DNA of 64,000 nucleotides from positions 1-64,000 of the IMG/VR virus record IMGVR_UViG_3300020403_000005; one strand, 5' to 3'. The DNA is from a virus. Both the position numbers and the translations under genes were made by a program. The notes beneath the pieces are model-generated. The model was given only the letters and a program-made list of their open reading frames with translations, ran no database searches and was not told where the DNA came from. The stretch's first letter is position 1, and every line of letters begins with the position of its first letter. Shown piece by piece: positions 34,108 through 44,691 of the stretch.

Positions 34108-35595
34108 ATGCAAATCTATTCTTTAAAAATTGAAAAACACGTACTAAGCGGATTAATTAAATATCCTGATATATTCACCGAAATTGAAAAATTCATAGGA
34201 GAAAAAGACTTCTTTAATGAGGTCCATAGAACGATTTTTTGTGTTATTAGAAGCACATTAATCTCTGGAGAAAAACTAGATAAAGTCCTACTAGCCGAAA
34301 AAATAAGAAATTTAGGAGTAACCTTTAAGGACGAGATTGATATTTATAGCTATATTGATAATTTAGCTTTTTCTCAAATCAAACACAAAGCGATCATTGA
34401 AGCTGCTAGAGAGCTTTTAAAATTAAGAATCAGAAGAGAGCTTCAAGACACATGCCAGAACGTAATGAAATACATCGAAGGGTCTGGTAATGAATCCGTA
34501 GATAATATTATATCTAATTGTGATTCAATGTACAATCAGCAGATTAACTCATACTCTCTAGATGAAGAACCAGTGTCAATCTACGAAGACTTGGAAGACA
34601 TGATCGAAGAATGCGGAAATGAACCCAATGAAGACGTTGGCTTTAAAACTTCTTTTCCAGAGTTCAATAGATTATATGGAGGACTAAGAGCAGGTAATCT
34701 TTACGCGGTTGTAGCCAGACCAGGTCAAGGCAAGACAACTTGGATAAACAACATGGTTATGAAGTGCTCTGAAATAAACGATGTCCCTGTGTTGATGTTG
34801 GACACGGAGATGATAACCAGAGATATTAAATTTAGAACCGCTTCAGCAATCACTGATGTACCGATGTGGTATCTAGAAACAGGCAACTGGCGCAAGAATC
34901 AAGACTTGACGCAAAAAGTAAGAAATAAAATATCCACCATAAACAGAGAAGCGAAGTGTTACCACGCCTTCATCGGCAATAAAAACGTAGATCAAGTTTG
35001 CTCTCTAGTTAAAAGATGGTACTTATCCGTAGTGGGAAGAGGCAATCCATGCATAATATCTTACGACTACATAAAACTAACCGGAGAAAAAGTAGCCCAA
35101 AACTGGGCAGAGCATCAAGCCATTGGTGACAAAATTGACAAGCTCAAAAAACTTTCAGAAGAAATAAATGCTCCGATTGTGACCGCGATGCAGATGAATC
35201 GATCTGGAGAAAACCACAATAGAAGAGGCGGAGACATTACGGATGATAGCTCTGCAATCTCACTTTCAGATAGACTTCAATGGTTCGCCAGCTTCGTTGC
35301 CATTTTCAGAAGAAAGACTCTGGACGAAATAGCGGCGGATGGCGAAAATTTTGGTACTCACAAACTAGTACCATTAAAGACTAGATTTCAAGGTAAAGAC
35401 GCAGCAGGGCATCACGATTTAGTCAGAAGACCAATGGATGATGGATCATTTAGATATATGAATAACTATTTAAACTTTTCCGTGAGAAACTTTAACGTGG
35501 AGGAACAAGGCTCCCTGCATGATGTTATTGAGTCTCAGATGGAAAGATTTAACCCAGAAGAAGAGAACCCAAACGACGGAGAAGAAATACTATAA
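34108..35595 (+). CDS. dnaB: Replicative DNA helicase DnaB
   Basis: EKHVLSGLI..DFFNEVHRTIF N-domain, ARPGQGKT, DTEM, YDYIKL, QMNR; start reassigned from 33919 to 34108. Confidence 0.9.
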   Translation: MQIYSLKIEKHVLSGLIKYPDIFTEIEKFIGEKDFFNEVHRTIFCVIRSTLISGEKLDKVLLAEKIRNLGVTFKDEIDIYSYIDNLAFSQIKHKAIIEAARELLKLRIRRELQDTCQNVMKYIEGSGNESVDNIISNCDSMYNQQINSYSLDEEPVSIYEDLEDMIEECGNEPNEDVGFKTSFPEFNRLYGGLRAGNLYAVVARPGQGKTTWINNMVMKCSEINDVPVLMLDTEMITRDIKFRTASAITDVPMWYLETGNWRKNQDLTQKVRNKISTINREAKCYHAFIGNKNVDQVCSLVKRWYLSVVGRGNPCIISYDYIKLTGEKVAQNWAEHQAIGDKIDKLKKLSEEINAPIVTAMQMNRSGENHNRRGGDITDDSSAISLSDRLQWFASFVAIFRRKTLDEIAADGENFGTHKLVPLKTRFQGKDAAGHHDLVRRPMDDGSFRYMNNYLNFSVRNFNVEEQGSLHDVIESQMERFNPEEENPNDGEEIL

Positions 35596-36509
35596 TGGAC
35601 GTTCGTGAAGTTTTAGAAAGTATCGGTTACTCAAACATAACCGAAGATGCGAAAAATTTTCGCATGAAGCCTCTCTACAGAGACTCTAGCAGCGATACAG
35701 TATTAAGCGTTAGAAAAGACACAGGCACTTTCATAGACTTCAGTAAAAACATGACGGGGTCGCTGAAGCAACTCGTCAAGCTATCTCTAGACTTCAAAAG
35801 CGAAGACGAGGCCGTTCTGTGGTTAGAGAAAAACGGTAACGGCGAAGCGATAAAACCGAAAGAGCAAAAGCCAATCCTGAAAGAAACCAAAGTATTCTCC
35901 AAAGAATGCTTAGAGAAAGTTCTACCAGAGCATGACTACTGGAACGGCAGAGGAATATCTAACCAAACATTAGAGCTATTTGGAGGGGGTGTAGTTAAAG
36001 TGGGAAAAATGAAAGAAAGATATGTTTTTCCGATTTTTGATAGCAAGAAAAATCTAATAGGGGTTTCGGGTAGAGACCTAATAAATAACCCAGACTCGAA
36101 AAGACCAAAATGGAAACACATTGGCGACAAAAGCCAATGGAGATACCCCATGCAAGTAAACAATAAATTACTCAGACAAGAAAAACAAGTAATTATAGTA
36201 GAAAGCATAGGCGACATGCTGTCTTTGTGGGAAAATGGAATAAAAAATGTAGCGGTAGCTTTTGGCTTGCAAATTGGGCTGGGTCTGCTAAACTATCTAT
36301 TGAGAATTGATGCTCAAAAAATAATACTAGCTTTTAATAACGACTCGGCCAACAACAGCGCGGGAAACGAAGCCGCAGAAAAGAATTTAAGAAGATTAAT
36401 GAGATACTTTGACTCAGATCAAATCAAAATCTCGTTACCGACAAAAGGAGACTTCGGTGAGATGAATCCCGAAGAAATACAAAACTGGAAAAAAAATTTA
36501 CATGCCTGA
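35595..36509 (+). CDS. DNA primase (DnaG-like TOPRIM)
   Basis: YWNGRGI, RYVFPIFD...IGVSGR, PKWKH, IIVESIGDML, LAFNND. Confidence 0.8.
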   Translation: MDVREVLESIGYSNITEDAKNFRMKPLYRDSSSDTVLSVRKDTGTFIDFSKNMTGSLKQLVKLSLDFKSEDEAVLWLEKNGNGEAIKPKEQKPILKETKVFSKECLEKVLPEHDYWNGRGISNQTLELFGGGVVKVGKMKERYVFPIFDSKKNLIGVSGRDLINNPDSKRPKWKHIGDKSQWRYPMQVNNKLLRQEKQVIIVESIGDMLSLWENGIKNVAVAFGLQIGLGLLNYLLRIDAQKIILAFNNDSANNSAGNEAAEKNLRRLMRYFDSDQIKISLPTKGDFGEMNPEEIQNWKKNLHA

Positions 36510-37518
36510 AGAAAAAATATTATCAGCCTCTAGAATTAAAACGTTAGAAACCTGCTCTTGGAAGTATTGGTGCAACTACGTATTAAAGCTTCCTAAATCC
36601 AGTAATGCTGGCGCGGCAAGAGGAACTGTTTGCCACTTAGTTCTTGAGTTATTACTAGATAAAAGACGCAGCGACTACATAAAAATTATAACCGACTCTA
36701 AAACTATAGAGTCTGTTCCATCTATATCTAGACTAGTAAAAAAGAATTTAACCAAACTGGGATATTATGACCCAGAAAATCACATCATGTGCGACGAGAT
36801 GATTCTGGTCGCCCTGAATTGTGACTTCTTGGGTAAGAAGGGCGCGGAGATAAATTCTCCAGAGAAAGAATTCCTACTAGAAAGCGAAGACCCGCGATAC
36901 AAGATTATGGGTTATATAGATAAACCCGTTGAGTATCCCAAAGAAATTGTAATGGTTGATTACAAAACCAGTAAACAGAAGTTTTCAGAAGAGGAGTGCG
37001 AATACAACGTTCAAGCTCTAGCGTATCTTTTGGCAGCTAAACAAATATGGCCAAAAATAAAAAAGACCTCGATTGAATTTCAATTTCTTAAATTCCCAGA
37101 GCAGCCAATTATAGAAATCAGAGCGTCCGAAGAGCAGTTAAAGGGTTTCGAAGAGTATCTTTCTTATATTTACGAGATAATTAATAACTACTCCGAAGAA
37201 GATGCTCGTTCTAACTTTGCCGCCTATCAAGAACGCCCAACCAAAAGCCAAGGATTCAAGGGGCCACTTAATTGCGGATTCGCTAAGTTTCAAGGGCAAC
37301 TTAAAAAAGACGGCAGCCCAATGTGGCATTGCGAACATAAATTTGCTTTTGAATATTACGCTCTTTTAAACGAAGATGGTGAAATTTTACAATCCTCAAT
37401 GAAAGAAGAAGACTTAGACTCCTCCAAAGGAGTAATCGAAAAAAGACATTACGAAGGATGCCCCGCGCATAATCAATCTTTAGGCCAATCCAACAAAGGC
37501 GACGGCTTTGGATTTTAA
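36502..37518 (+). CDS. PD-(D/E)XK exonuclease (Cas4/RecB-like)
   Basis: LSASRIKTLETC, RGTVCH, GYIDK, MVDYKTSK, QALAY; C-terminal Cys residues. Confidence 0.78.
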   Translation: MPEEKILSASRIKTLETCSWKYWCNYVLKLPKSSNAGAARGTVCHLVLELLLDKRRSDYIKIITDSKTIESVPSISRLVKKNLTKLGYYDPENHIMCDEMILVALNCDFLGKKGAEINSPEKEFLLESEDPRYKIMGYIDKPVEYPKEIVMVDYKTSKQKFSEEECEYNVQALAYLLAAKQIWPKIKKTSIEFQFLKFPEQPIIEIRASEEQLKGFEEYLSYIYEIINNYSEEDARSNFAAYQERPTKSQGFKGPLNCGFAKFQGQLKKDGSPMWHCEHKFAFEYYALLNEDGEILQSSMKEEDLDSSKGVIEKRHYEGCPAHNQSLGQSNKGDGFGF

Positions 37519-37557
37519 GCTTGACACAAATAAAAAAAACTGATATTCTAAACAAAG

Positions 37558-38319
37558 ATGATACCACTCTTTAAATCTCAATACTCTTTAGGCAGAAGCA
37601 TCCTCACCCTTTCGCCTCAAGACTCTTTAATTGAGAATGGCCCAGACTCAATAGTAGACTTAGCTGTTAAGAATGGCCTGAAGGAAGTATTTTTAGTTGA
37701 CGATTCCATGACGGGTTTTTTAGAAGCCTACAAGAACCTGAAAGAAAATGATATTAAGTTGGTGTTTGGCTTAAGACTTAGCGTTTGCTCAGACATGAAT
37801 GAACGCTCAGAAGAGCAATTACTAAAAACGTGCAAATATATTATCTTGTGTAAAAACACCGAAGGCTATGAAAGACTAATTAAAATATCTACCGACGCAG
37901 CTAGAAACGGGTTTTATTATACCCCAAGAATAGATTTTAAAAAGCTAGAAGAACACTGGGACGATAAGGACTTAATGCTTGCAGTACCGTTCTACGATTC
38001 GTTCTTGTTTAAGAACACTTTACAAAATTCAATATGCGTACCAGAGTTTACATTTACCAAGCCAATCTTCTTTGTCGAGGATAACGACATCCCCTTCGAC
38101 TACATAATTAAATCAAAAGTCGAAGAATACTCTTCCTCGAATGGATACGAAGTTCAAAAAGCAAAAAGCGTATACTACGCGCACAACAAAGACTTTAAAG
38201 CTTATTTAACATTTAGATGCATTAACAACAGAAGTACCCTGAACAAGCCGAACTTGGATCACATGTCGAGTGATAAATTTAGCCTAGAAAGCTGGAAAGA
38301 GCAAAATGACTCCGTTTGA
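37558..38319 (+). CDS. DNA polymerase III alpha, stand-alone PHP domain
   Basis: SQYSL..S, SIVDLAVKNG, IKLVFGL, IILCKNTEGYERLIKIST, YYTPRIDF. Confidence 0.82.
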   Translation: MIPLFKSQYSLGRSILTLSPQDSLIENGPDSIVDLAVKNGLKEVFLVDDSMTGFLEAYKNLKENDIKLVFGLRLSVCSDMNERSEEQLLKTCKYIILCKNTEGYERLIKISTDAARNGFYYTPRIDFKKLEEHWDDKDLMLAVPFYDSFLFKNTLQNSICVPEFTFTKPIFFVEDNDIPFDYIIKSKVEEYSSSNGYEVQKAKSVYYAHNKDFKAYLTFRCINNRSTLNKPNLDHMSSDKFSLESWKEQNDSV

Positions 38320-38671
38320 ACCCAAGAAAGTAAAGAAAGAGTGGGGGTATGAATTATGGCTCGCCAACAACGAAAAAGAAGACTACTGCGGTAAGATTCT
38401 TTTTATTAAAAGCGGTCACTCCACCTCAATGCACTATCACGTACACAAACACGAGACATTCCATGTTTTAGAGGGCGTACTGAGAGTAGATATGCTTAGA
38501 GATATTAATAAACCATCCTCGCACCCATTCAGCATGACCGCAAAAAAAGGCGAAAGCATGGAAATGGAAAGAGGGCAAGCTCACAAACTAATGGCTACCA
38601 ACGGAGACGTAACGCTAATAGAAATAAGCAAGTTCCACAGAGACGAAGACAGCAAAAGACTTTACAAATAA
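38306..38671 (+). CDS. Cupin-domain protein
   Basis: VKKEWGYE, YCGKIL, SMHYHVHKHETF. Confidence 0.75.
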   Translation: MTPFEPKKVKKEWGYELWLANNEKEDYCGKILFIKSGHSTSMHYHVHKHETFHVLEGVLRVDMLRDINKPSSHPFSMTAKKGESMEMERGQAHKLMATNGDVTLIEISKFHRDEDSKRLYK

Positions 38672-39309
38672 TGGACGACCACTTACTTAGATTTGACAAA
38701 GATAAAACTCTAGTTTTTATTGACTGTGAGACATTAAATTTATGCCTTAATAAATGTCACAATTTACCTTGGCAGGTATCAATGATAAAAGTTCAAGGCG
38801 ACAGAGGCGTATCCCAGAAAGACTTTTTTATAAAGTGGGACACAAACCTCAAGATAAGCGAGGACGCCGCGAGAATAACCAGATACAGCCAATCAAAGAT
38901 AGACAAACACGGCCTTCCGCCAGATGAAGTGTTCCCAACTATTCAAGATTGGCTAGACAACTGCGATTACGTTGTCGGTCATAATATCTTAGGTTTTGAT
39001 ATTTATTTAATTAAAGATTTGTACGAGGCTCATGGCGCAGATTGGAAACATTTAGTTAATAAAGTTATAGACACCAACTGTGTCGCCAGAGGTATTAAAA
39101 TGGGCCTCCAATACCGCCCTGAGAGCGACTTCACGTCCTACCAATACCGAGTATACCACACACGAAAAAAAGGGCTTAAATCGAGCCTGACGGCCTTGGG
39201 CAAGGAGTTCAGCATAGATCACGACTACGAAAACCTACACAACGCAATCGTAGATTTAGAGCTTAATATTAAGGTTTGGAATAAACTAAAATGGCAACTT
39301 GAAATTTAA
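38671..39309 (+). CDS. DEDDh 3'-5' exonuclease (DnaQ-like)
   Basis: FIDCET, VGHNILGFD, IDT, HNAIVD. Confidence 0.85.
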   Translation: MDDHLLRFDKDKTLVFIDCETLNLCLNKCHNLPWQVSMIKVQGDRGVSQKDFFIKWDTNLKISEDAARITRYSQSKIDKHGLPPDEVFPTIQDWLDNCDYVVGHNILGFDIYLIKDLYEAHGADWKHLVNKVIDTNCVARGIKMGLQYRPESDFTSYQYRVYHTRKKGLKSSLTALGKEFSIDHDYENLHNAIVDLELNIKVWNKLKWQLEI

Positions 39310-39332
39310 CCAAAAATGATGTATTATATAAT

Positions 39333-39623
39333 ATGTCGATGGATTTTGTTTACGACCTGACAGATAAATTAAAAGAGCAGAAAATTGATTACCTCTTAGT
39401 CACTGTAAGAACTGGAGAAAAATCAGACAATGCAGATGTTTTTTATCATTTTAAAGATCAAGACTCTGTAGACTCTTTAGTAAAAGTTTTAAATACATTT
39501 GAAGATATCGTAATACCAGAACAGCCCAAGAAACAACCCAAGAAAAATGATGCCAAAACAAAAAACACAAGTAAAAAAACGCCCCGCAAAAACCGCCGCA
39601 AGAAAGACAAAGACGAAGAATAA
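39333..39623 (+). CDS. Hypothetical protein
   Basis: 96-aa ORF with basic tail, overlaps the dnaE start. Confidence 0.55.
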   Translation: MSMDFVYDLTDKLKEQKIDYLLVTVRTGEKSDNADVFYHFKDQDSVDSLVKVLNTFEDIVIPEQPKKQPKKNDAKTKNTSKKTPRKNRRKKDKDEE

Positions 39624-42162
39624 CTTTTCTGATAATTTTGATTTTATTGATTTAGATTTACATGGAGTTAGACTGCCATCTTTCGACATCCCAAATGAAG
39701 AAAAACGCAAGATTAAAGTAAGTGAAGATGTAGATAATTATGATTTTTTACGAGCGTTATGCTTGGATGGATTCAACAAACTTAAATTAAAGAAAAACTC
39801 CAAAAAGTACAAAGAGTATGTAGAAAGAGTAAAGTACGAACTAGAGACTTTAAAAGATTTAGGTTTTATTGATTATGTTCTTTTGGTTTGGGACGTAATC
39901 AACTTCTGCAAAAAAAATGATATCCCTACAGGATTGGGAAGAGGCTCCGCAGCGGGAAGCATTGTTCTGTTTTTGATTGGTGTCACCAAGATCGACCCAG
40001 TTAGATATGGCTTATATTTTGAGAGATTCGTTTCAAAGATTCGTGCGAAAAAGCAAATTGTTGATGGTATCACCTACCTCGATGGATCACTGATGTGTGA
40101 TGTTGATTTGGACATTTGCTACTACAACCGACAAAAAGTATTGCAGTATTTAGAAGAAAAGTTCGAAGGTAAAACAAGCAAAATCTTAACCTTAAATACT
40201 TTAAGTACCAAATTATTAATCAAAGAATGCGGTAAGATAATCGAAGAAATAGAAGACTCTGAAATGACTCGCGTTTCAGGATTGATTCCAAAGATGTTCG
40301 GCCAAGTCAAAGACCTTCAAGAGTCCTACGATGAGGTAGAAGAATTCAAAAATTGGTGCGAAAGCAATAAAGATGTCTACAACGTAGCTCTAAAGCTTAG
40401 AGGGCTTGTAAAAAATAAGGGGGTGCATCCTTCGGCAGTTGCCATCTCTTATGATAAAATGGATAGCTCATGCCCGACTGAATTAACCTCTGACAAGTCT
40501 ACGTTCGTTTCGTCGTTTGATATGAATTGGGTTTCTGAGTTCAATGTAAAGCTAGATATCCTTGGACTGAGAAGCGTCTCGGTAGTTGACCAAGCATGTA
40601 AACTGATCGGAATAAAAGTAGAGGATATTGATATCAACGATCTTGAGATTTACAGACAGCTACAAGACCTGAAGACTCCTCATGGGTTATTCCAAATTGA
40701 AGCAGAGACAAACTACAAGGTCTGCCAAACCGTCAAGCCGATGAATCTAGAGCAGTTGAGCGCGGTTTTGGCTATCGCCCGACCAGGTGCATTATCATTC
40801 ATGGACCAGTATGCGCGTTATGTGCAGACGGGAGAACCAGAATCAATTCATCCATTTTTTGATGACATCCTCGAAGAGACGGGCGGCGTTGCGCTCTATC
40901 AAGAGCAGTTAATGAAGATGGCTCACAAGATTGGTTTTACTCTCGACGAAGCGGAAATTTTACGCCGAATCGTAGGAAAGAAAAAAGTCGAACAGGTCAG
41001 AGAATGGAAACAAAAAATTTCTGACAAAATTCAAGAAAATAAACTAGACCCAGAAATTGGAGATGTGCTCTGGAAAATTCTGGAAGACTCAGCAAATTAT
41101 TCGTTCAATAAGTCTCACTCGATTGCATACGCAGCATTAGCCGCTTCTACGATCTGGCTCAAGTTCAAGTACCCAAAAGAGTTCTTTATGAGCTTGCTAC
41201 AAATGACTAGACACGAACCTGATCCGATTGCGGAGATATCCAAGATTCACAAAGAGTTTCATTACTTCAACTTGCAGCTTCACCCGCCGCACATAATTAA
41301 ATCCGAAATGGACTTTAACATTGAAGAAGATGGCATCAGATTTGGACTACTCTCAATTAAAGGGATATCTGAAAAATCTATCGAAAAGCTAAACGACTTC
41401 AAAGACGAATACTCCAATAAGTTTGAAATCTTCCAAGCCGCAGAAGAAGCTGGCGTGAGTACGAGTGTTTTATGTCCATTGATTCAAGCTGGAGCTTTAG
41501 AAGGCTTTAAACAGTCACGCGCTAAAGTAGCCTACGAGGCCCAACTCTGGAGTATTTTAACCAACAGAGAAAAGAAACTAGCTATACCACTAGCAGAAAA
41601 ATACGATTATGATTTAGTTAAAGTGGTTAAATATATGTCTAGCTCTAAGGATGAAAATAGCAAAGACATGATTAAAGAGTCCAGATTAGACACTATAAGT
41701 AAACGATGCGAACGATACAAAGAAATATATAACCATAATAAATCTAATGAAAGTTTTACTAATTGGTATTATGAGAAAAATTTATTAGGATATACTTATG
41801 GTAAAACATTGTATGATATCTTTTCCTGCGAGCGTAGAGGGTTAATGCACATCGAAACCGTAAACGGACTTTCAGAAAGAGATCGTTGCGTTTTTGTGGG
41901 TAGAGTTGAAGAAGATGCAATATCAAGAACCTCCAAGAACGGTAATAAATATGGTAAAATACTAGTTGGAGATGAAACGGCCAGTGTAAGAGTTATGATT
42001 TTTAAAGAAAAGCTGGAACAATGCAAAGAGATGAACGGAGGTTTACCGAAGGCTGGAGAAATAGTTATAGTAAAAGGAACAAAAATGGATGAACCAGTTT
42101 TTGCTGACGTTATTTCCGTGCAGGACAGAGCAGTAATAAAGTACGCAGAACTCAAAAAATAG
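39547..42162 (+). CDS. dnaE: DNA polymerase III alpha, catalytic part (lacks PHP)
   Basis: GRGSAAGS, FERF, DVDLD, KLDILGL, YQEQLM, YSFNKSH, C-terminal OB fold. Confidence 0.93.
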   Translation: MMPKQKTQVKKRPAKTAARKTKTKNNFSDNFDFIDLDLHGVRLPSFDIPNEEKRKIKVSEDVDNYDFLRALCLDGFNKLKLKKNSKKYKEYVERVKYELETLKDLGFIDYVLLVWDVINFCKKNDIPTGLGRGSAAGSIVLFLIGVTKIDPVRYGLYFERFVSKIRAKKQIVDGITYLDGSLMCDVDLDICYYNRQKVLQYLEEKFEGKTSKILTLNTLSTKLLIKECGKIIEEIEDSEMTRVSGLIPKMFGQVKDLQESYDEVEEFKNWCESNKDVYNVALKLRGLVKNKGVHPSAVAISYDKMDSSCPTELTSDKSTFVSSFDMNWVSEFNVKLDILGLRSVSVVDQACKLIGIKVEDIDINDLEIYRQLQDLKTPHGLFQIEAETNYKVCQTVKPMNLEQLSAVLAIARPGALSFMDQYARYVQTGEPESIHPFFDDILEETGGVALYQEQLMKMAHKIGFTLDEAEILRRIVGKKKVEQVREWKQKISDKIQENKLDPEIGDVLWKILEDSANYSFNKSHSIAYAALAASTIWLKFKYPKEFFMSLLQMTRHEPDPIAEISKIHKEFHYFNLQLHPPHIIKSEMDFNIEEDGIRFGLLSIKGISEKSIEKLNDFKDEYSNKFEIFQAAEEAGVSTSVLCPLIQAGALEGFKQSRAKVAYEAQLWSILTNREKKLAIPLAEKYDYDLVKVVKYMSSSKDENSKDMIKESRLDTISKRCERYKEIYNHNKSNESFTNWYYEKNLLGYTYGKTLYDIFSCERRGLMHIETVNGLSERDRCVFVGRVEEDAISRTSKNGNKYGKILVGDETASVRVMIFKEKLEQCKEMNGGLPKAGEIVIVKGTKMDEPVFADVISVQDRAVIKYAELKK

Positions 42163-42200
42163 TTGACATCAACACAAAAATAAGCTATCATATATAAACA

Positions 42201-42767
42201 ATGAGAGTTCAATTCTACAAACCAAATGCAAAAGTGACAGGTTCGGCATGTTCGTTCTGGACCTCCGAAGACGGATCAATTATGTCTTCGATGATTAAGC
42301 AAGATTCTTGGGATGACTCGCGCAAGCGAGGCTCGTTCAGCAAGAACAAAGATAACCCAGCCAAGAAAGTGATTATCAAATTAAATGTCACTGAAGCTGG
42401 ATCGATTGTTGACGCGATTGAAAATAACCGTAAATGGAGCGGCTATCACCAATCAAAAAATCAAGTCACACGAATTAATTTTGGGCCATACGAAAGAAAC
42501 GGAGAGCAAATTGGGTACTCCTACTCGGTAAACAAAGAAGACAAGGAAGACTCAACCAATAAAACCAGCTTTATTATTGGCTTCACTTTTGGAGAGGGCG
42601 TAGTTCTAAGAGAGGCGTTGATAGACGCGATTAAAAACTCTCTCAAAGACGCAGCGCAGCCTCAGTCAAGCTATTCTAAACCTCAACAACAAAATCAAGC
42701 CCCACAGCAAGCTCCACAGATAGCGCAAATTGCTACGGACAGCTTTGATGACGATGACGAGTGGTAA
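42201..42767 (+). CDS. Putative ssDNA-binding protein (Whirly/PC4-like)
   Basis: Repeated beta-rich unit (IKLNVTEA / IGFTFGEG), Q-rich linker, acidic aromatic tail FDDDDEW; replication-module context. Confidence 0.55.
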   Translation: MRVQFYKPNAKVTGSACSFWTSEDGSIMSSMIKQDSWDDSRKRGSFSKNKDNPAKKVIIKLNVTEAGSIVDAIENNRKWSGYHQSKNQVTRINFGPYERNGEQIGYSYSVNKEDKEDSTNKTSFIIGFTFGEGVVLREALIDAIKNSLKDAAQPQSSYSKPQQQNQAPQQAPQIAQIATDSFDDDDEW

Positions 42768-44689
42768 TGGCTAAAAAACGTATTCTATATCAGTCAGACT
42801 TTTCTCTGGCTAAAACGGGCTTTGGTAGATGCTCCAAAGCTCTTTTAAGTTATTTATATAGCACTGGTAAATATGATATCTACCACTACTGCTGCGGAAT
42901 GAGAGAAGGCGATCAAGTCGCCAACCTTTCAAGAACACCTTGGAAAAGCATCGGCACGTTACCGAGTGATAACGCCGAAATGCAAAACCTCAATAAAGAC
43001 CCAGAGGCAATGAGATTGGCTAGTTATGGATCATACTCCATAGACAAAGTAATCAAGGAAATCAAGCCCGATGTGTATATAGCGGCTCAAGATATCTGGG
43101 GTGTGGATTTCGCAATAGACAAGCCTTGGTTCAAAAATATAAACTCTGTAATCTGGACTACCCTAGATTCGCTGCCGATATTACCCACCGCAATAAAAGC
43201 CGCGAAAAAAGTTGATAATTTGTGGATTTGGTCCAACTTTGCTACCAAAGCATTAAATGAAATGGGTTACGGGCAGGTTAAGACCATGCACGGCCCAGTA
43301 GAGTCAAAACACTTTCACAGATTAAAACACTCTGATAGACTCAAAATCAGAGAAAGATTCAACATTGACCCAGATACCTTCATCTGCGGGTTCGTGTTCA
43401 GAAACCAATTAAGAAAATCTGTACCCAATCTTTTAGAGGGCTACGCCTTATGGAAGGAAAAATACAAACCCGATAAACCAACAGCCCTTCTACTTCACAC
43501 CCACTTTGGAGAAGGGTGGGGCATAGAAGCCTTAGCCAAAGAGTATGGAGTACCAACTAAGGAAATATTAACAACTTATATTTGCAGAGCTTGCAAGAAT
43601 TATGAAGTCACAAGCTTTGACGGCGTAGAAAGATGGTGTAGATTTTGCGGATCGAAGGGTAGCCAAATAACGACAAATGTTTCTGATGGCGTTACCGAGG
43701 ATCAGCTTAATGATGTTTATAATTTAATGGATTTATACGTGCATCCATTTACTTCTGGAGGTCAAGAGTACCCTATCCAAGAAGCAAAACTGGCAGAGCT
43801 TATCACCCTCGTCACTAATTATAGCTGTGGCGAAGAAATGTGCGAAGAAGGCGCATACTCTTTACCCCTTGATTGGAGTGAATACCGAGAGCATGGCACT
43901 CAATTTAAGAAGGCTTCGACAATCCCCTCAAGCATAGCAGAGCAGATTAACAAGGTTTTCAAAATGAACGCCAAACAGAGAAAGAAGATGGGCCAAAAAG
44001 CAAGAAAATGGGCTTTAGATAATTTCTCAATAGAGGTTGTGGGTAAAAAATTTGAAGATTTTATAGATTCAGCCAAATCAGTTGACTATGAATCCTTTAA
44101 GATAGAAGGGGAAACGAAAGACCCATCTTATGATATACCCACTAGTATTTACTCTGATGTAGATTGGATAATTGACGGATACAAAGGTATCCTAAAAATG
44201 GAAGTGGACAAAGAAAACCAAGGAGTTAAACACTGGCTAGAGCAAATTGAAAGAGGCATGTCCAGAGAAGATGTAGAAAAACATTTTAAAGCTGTAGCAG
44301 CCAAAGATAATGAAAGCGAACAGAAAAAAGACTTCGCGGATTTTCTAGATAAAGACGACGAAGGAAAAAGAATTCTGTACGTGATGCCGAGTGACGCAAG
44401 CAATGTATTTTTATCCACCAGCCTGTTCGAGTCAATAAACGAGCAATACCCCAACTATAATCTATACGTAGCAACGCAACCTGAAAACGAGTTCATCTTA
44501 GATGGCAACGAGTACGTACACAAAGTGATACCATATATTCAGCAAATGGACGATTTGCTATGGCTAGAGGGAATAAAAAAACACAAAGGCTACTTCGAAA
44601 TAGCGTTCCTACCCCACCTTGGAACAGAAAGAAGCCTAGACTACTTACATAACGGCAAAGATAAAATTGCTTTTGATATTAAGGGATAA
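42767..44689 (+). CDS. Multi-domain glycosyltransferase (GT4 plus C-terminal GT9-like part)
   Basis: KTGFGR, RNQLRKSVP, CxxC..CxxC insert, VYNLMDLYVHPFTSGGQEYPIQEA. Confidence 0.75.
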   Translation: MAKKRILYQSDFSLAKTGFGRCSKALLSYLYSTGKYDIYHYCCGMREGDQVANLSRTPWKSIGTLPSDNAEMQNLNKDPEAMRLASYGSYSIDKVIKEIKPDVYIAAQDIWGVDFAIDKPWFKNINSVIWTTLDSLPILPTAIKAAKKVDNLWIWSNFATKALNEMGYGQVKTMHGPVESKHFHRLKHSDRLKIRERFNIDPDTFICGFVFRNQLRKSVPNLLEGYALWKEKYKPDKPTALLLHTHFGEGWGIEALAKEYGVPTKEILTTYICRACKNYEVTSFDGVERWCRFCGSKGSQITTNVSDGVTEDQLNDVYNLMDLYVHPFTSGGQEYPIQEAKLAELITLVTNYSCGEEMCEEGAYSLPLDWSEYREHGTQFKKASTIPSSIAEQINKVFKMNAKQRKKMGQKARKWALDNFSIEVVGKKFEDFIDSAKSVDYESFKIEGETKDPSYDIPTSIYSDVDWIIDGYKGILKMEVDKENQGVKHWLEQIERGMSREDVEKHFKAVAAKDNESEQKKDFADFLDKDDEGKRILYVMPSDASNVFLSTSLFESINEQYPNYNLYVATQPENEFILDGNEYVHKVIPYIQQMDDLLWLEGIKKHKGYFEIAFLPHLGTERSLDYLHNGKDKIAFDIKG

Positions 44690-44691
44690 AT

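Noticed and set aside
36502-37518. Cas4-like nuclease as a sign of CRISPR-Cas
   Set aside because: Stand-alone PD-(D/E)XK nucleases are common in phage replication modules; no array or cas1/cas2 seen
25770-42162. Introns or inteins in nrdA, nrdB, recA, dnaB or dnaE
   Set aside because: Proteins are normal length with contiguous motifs; no intein termini or homing-endonuclease inserts seen
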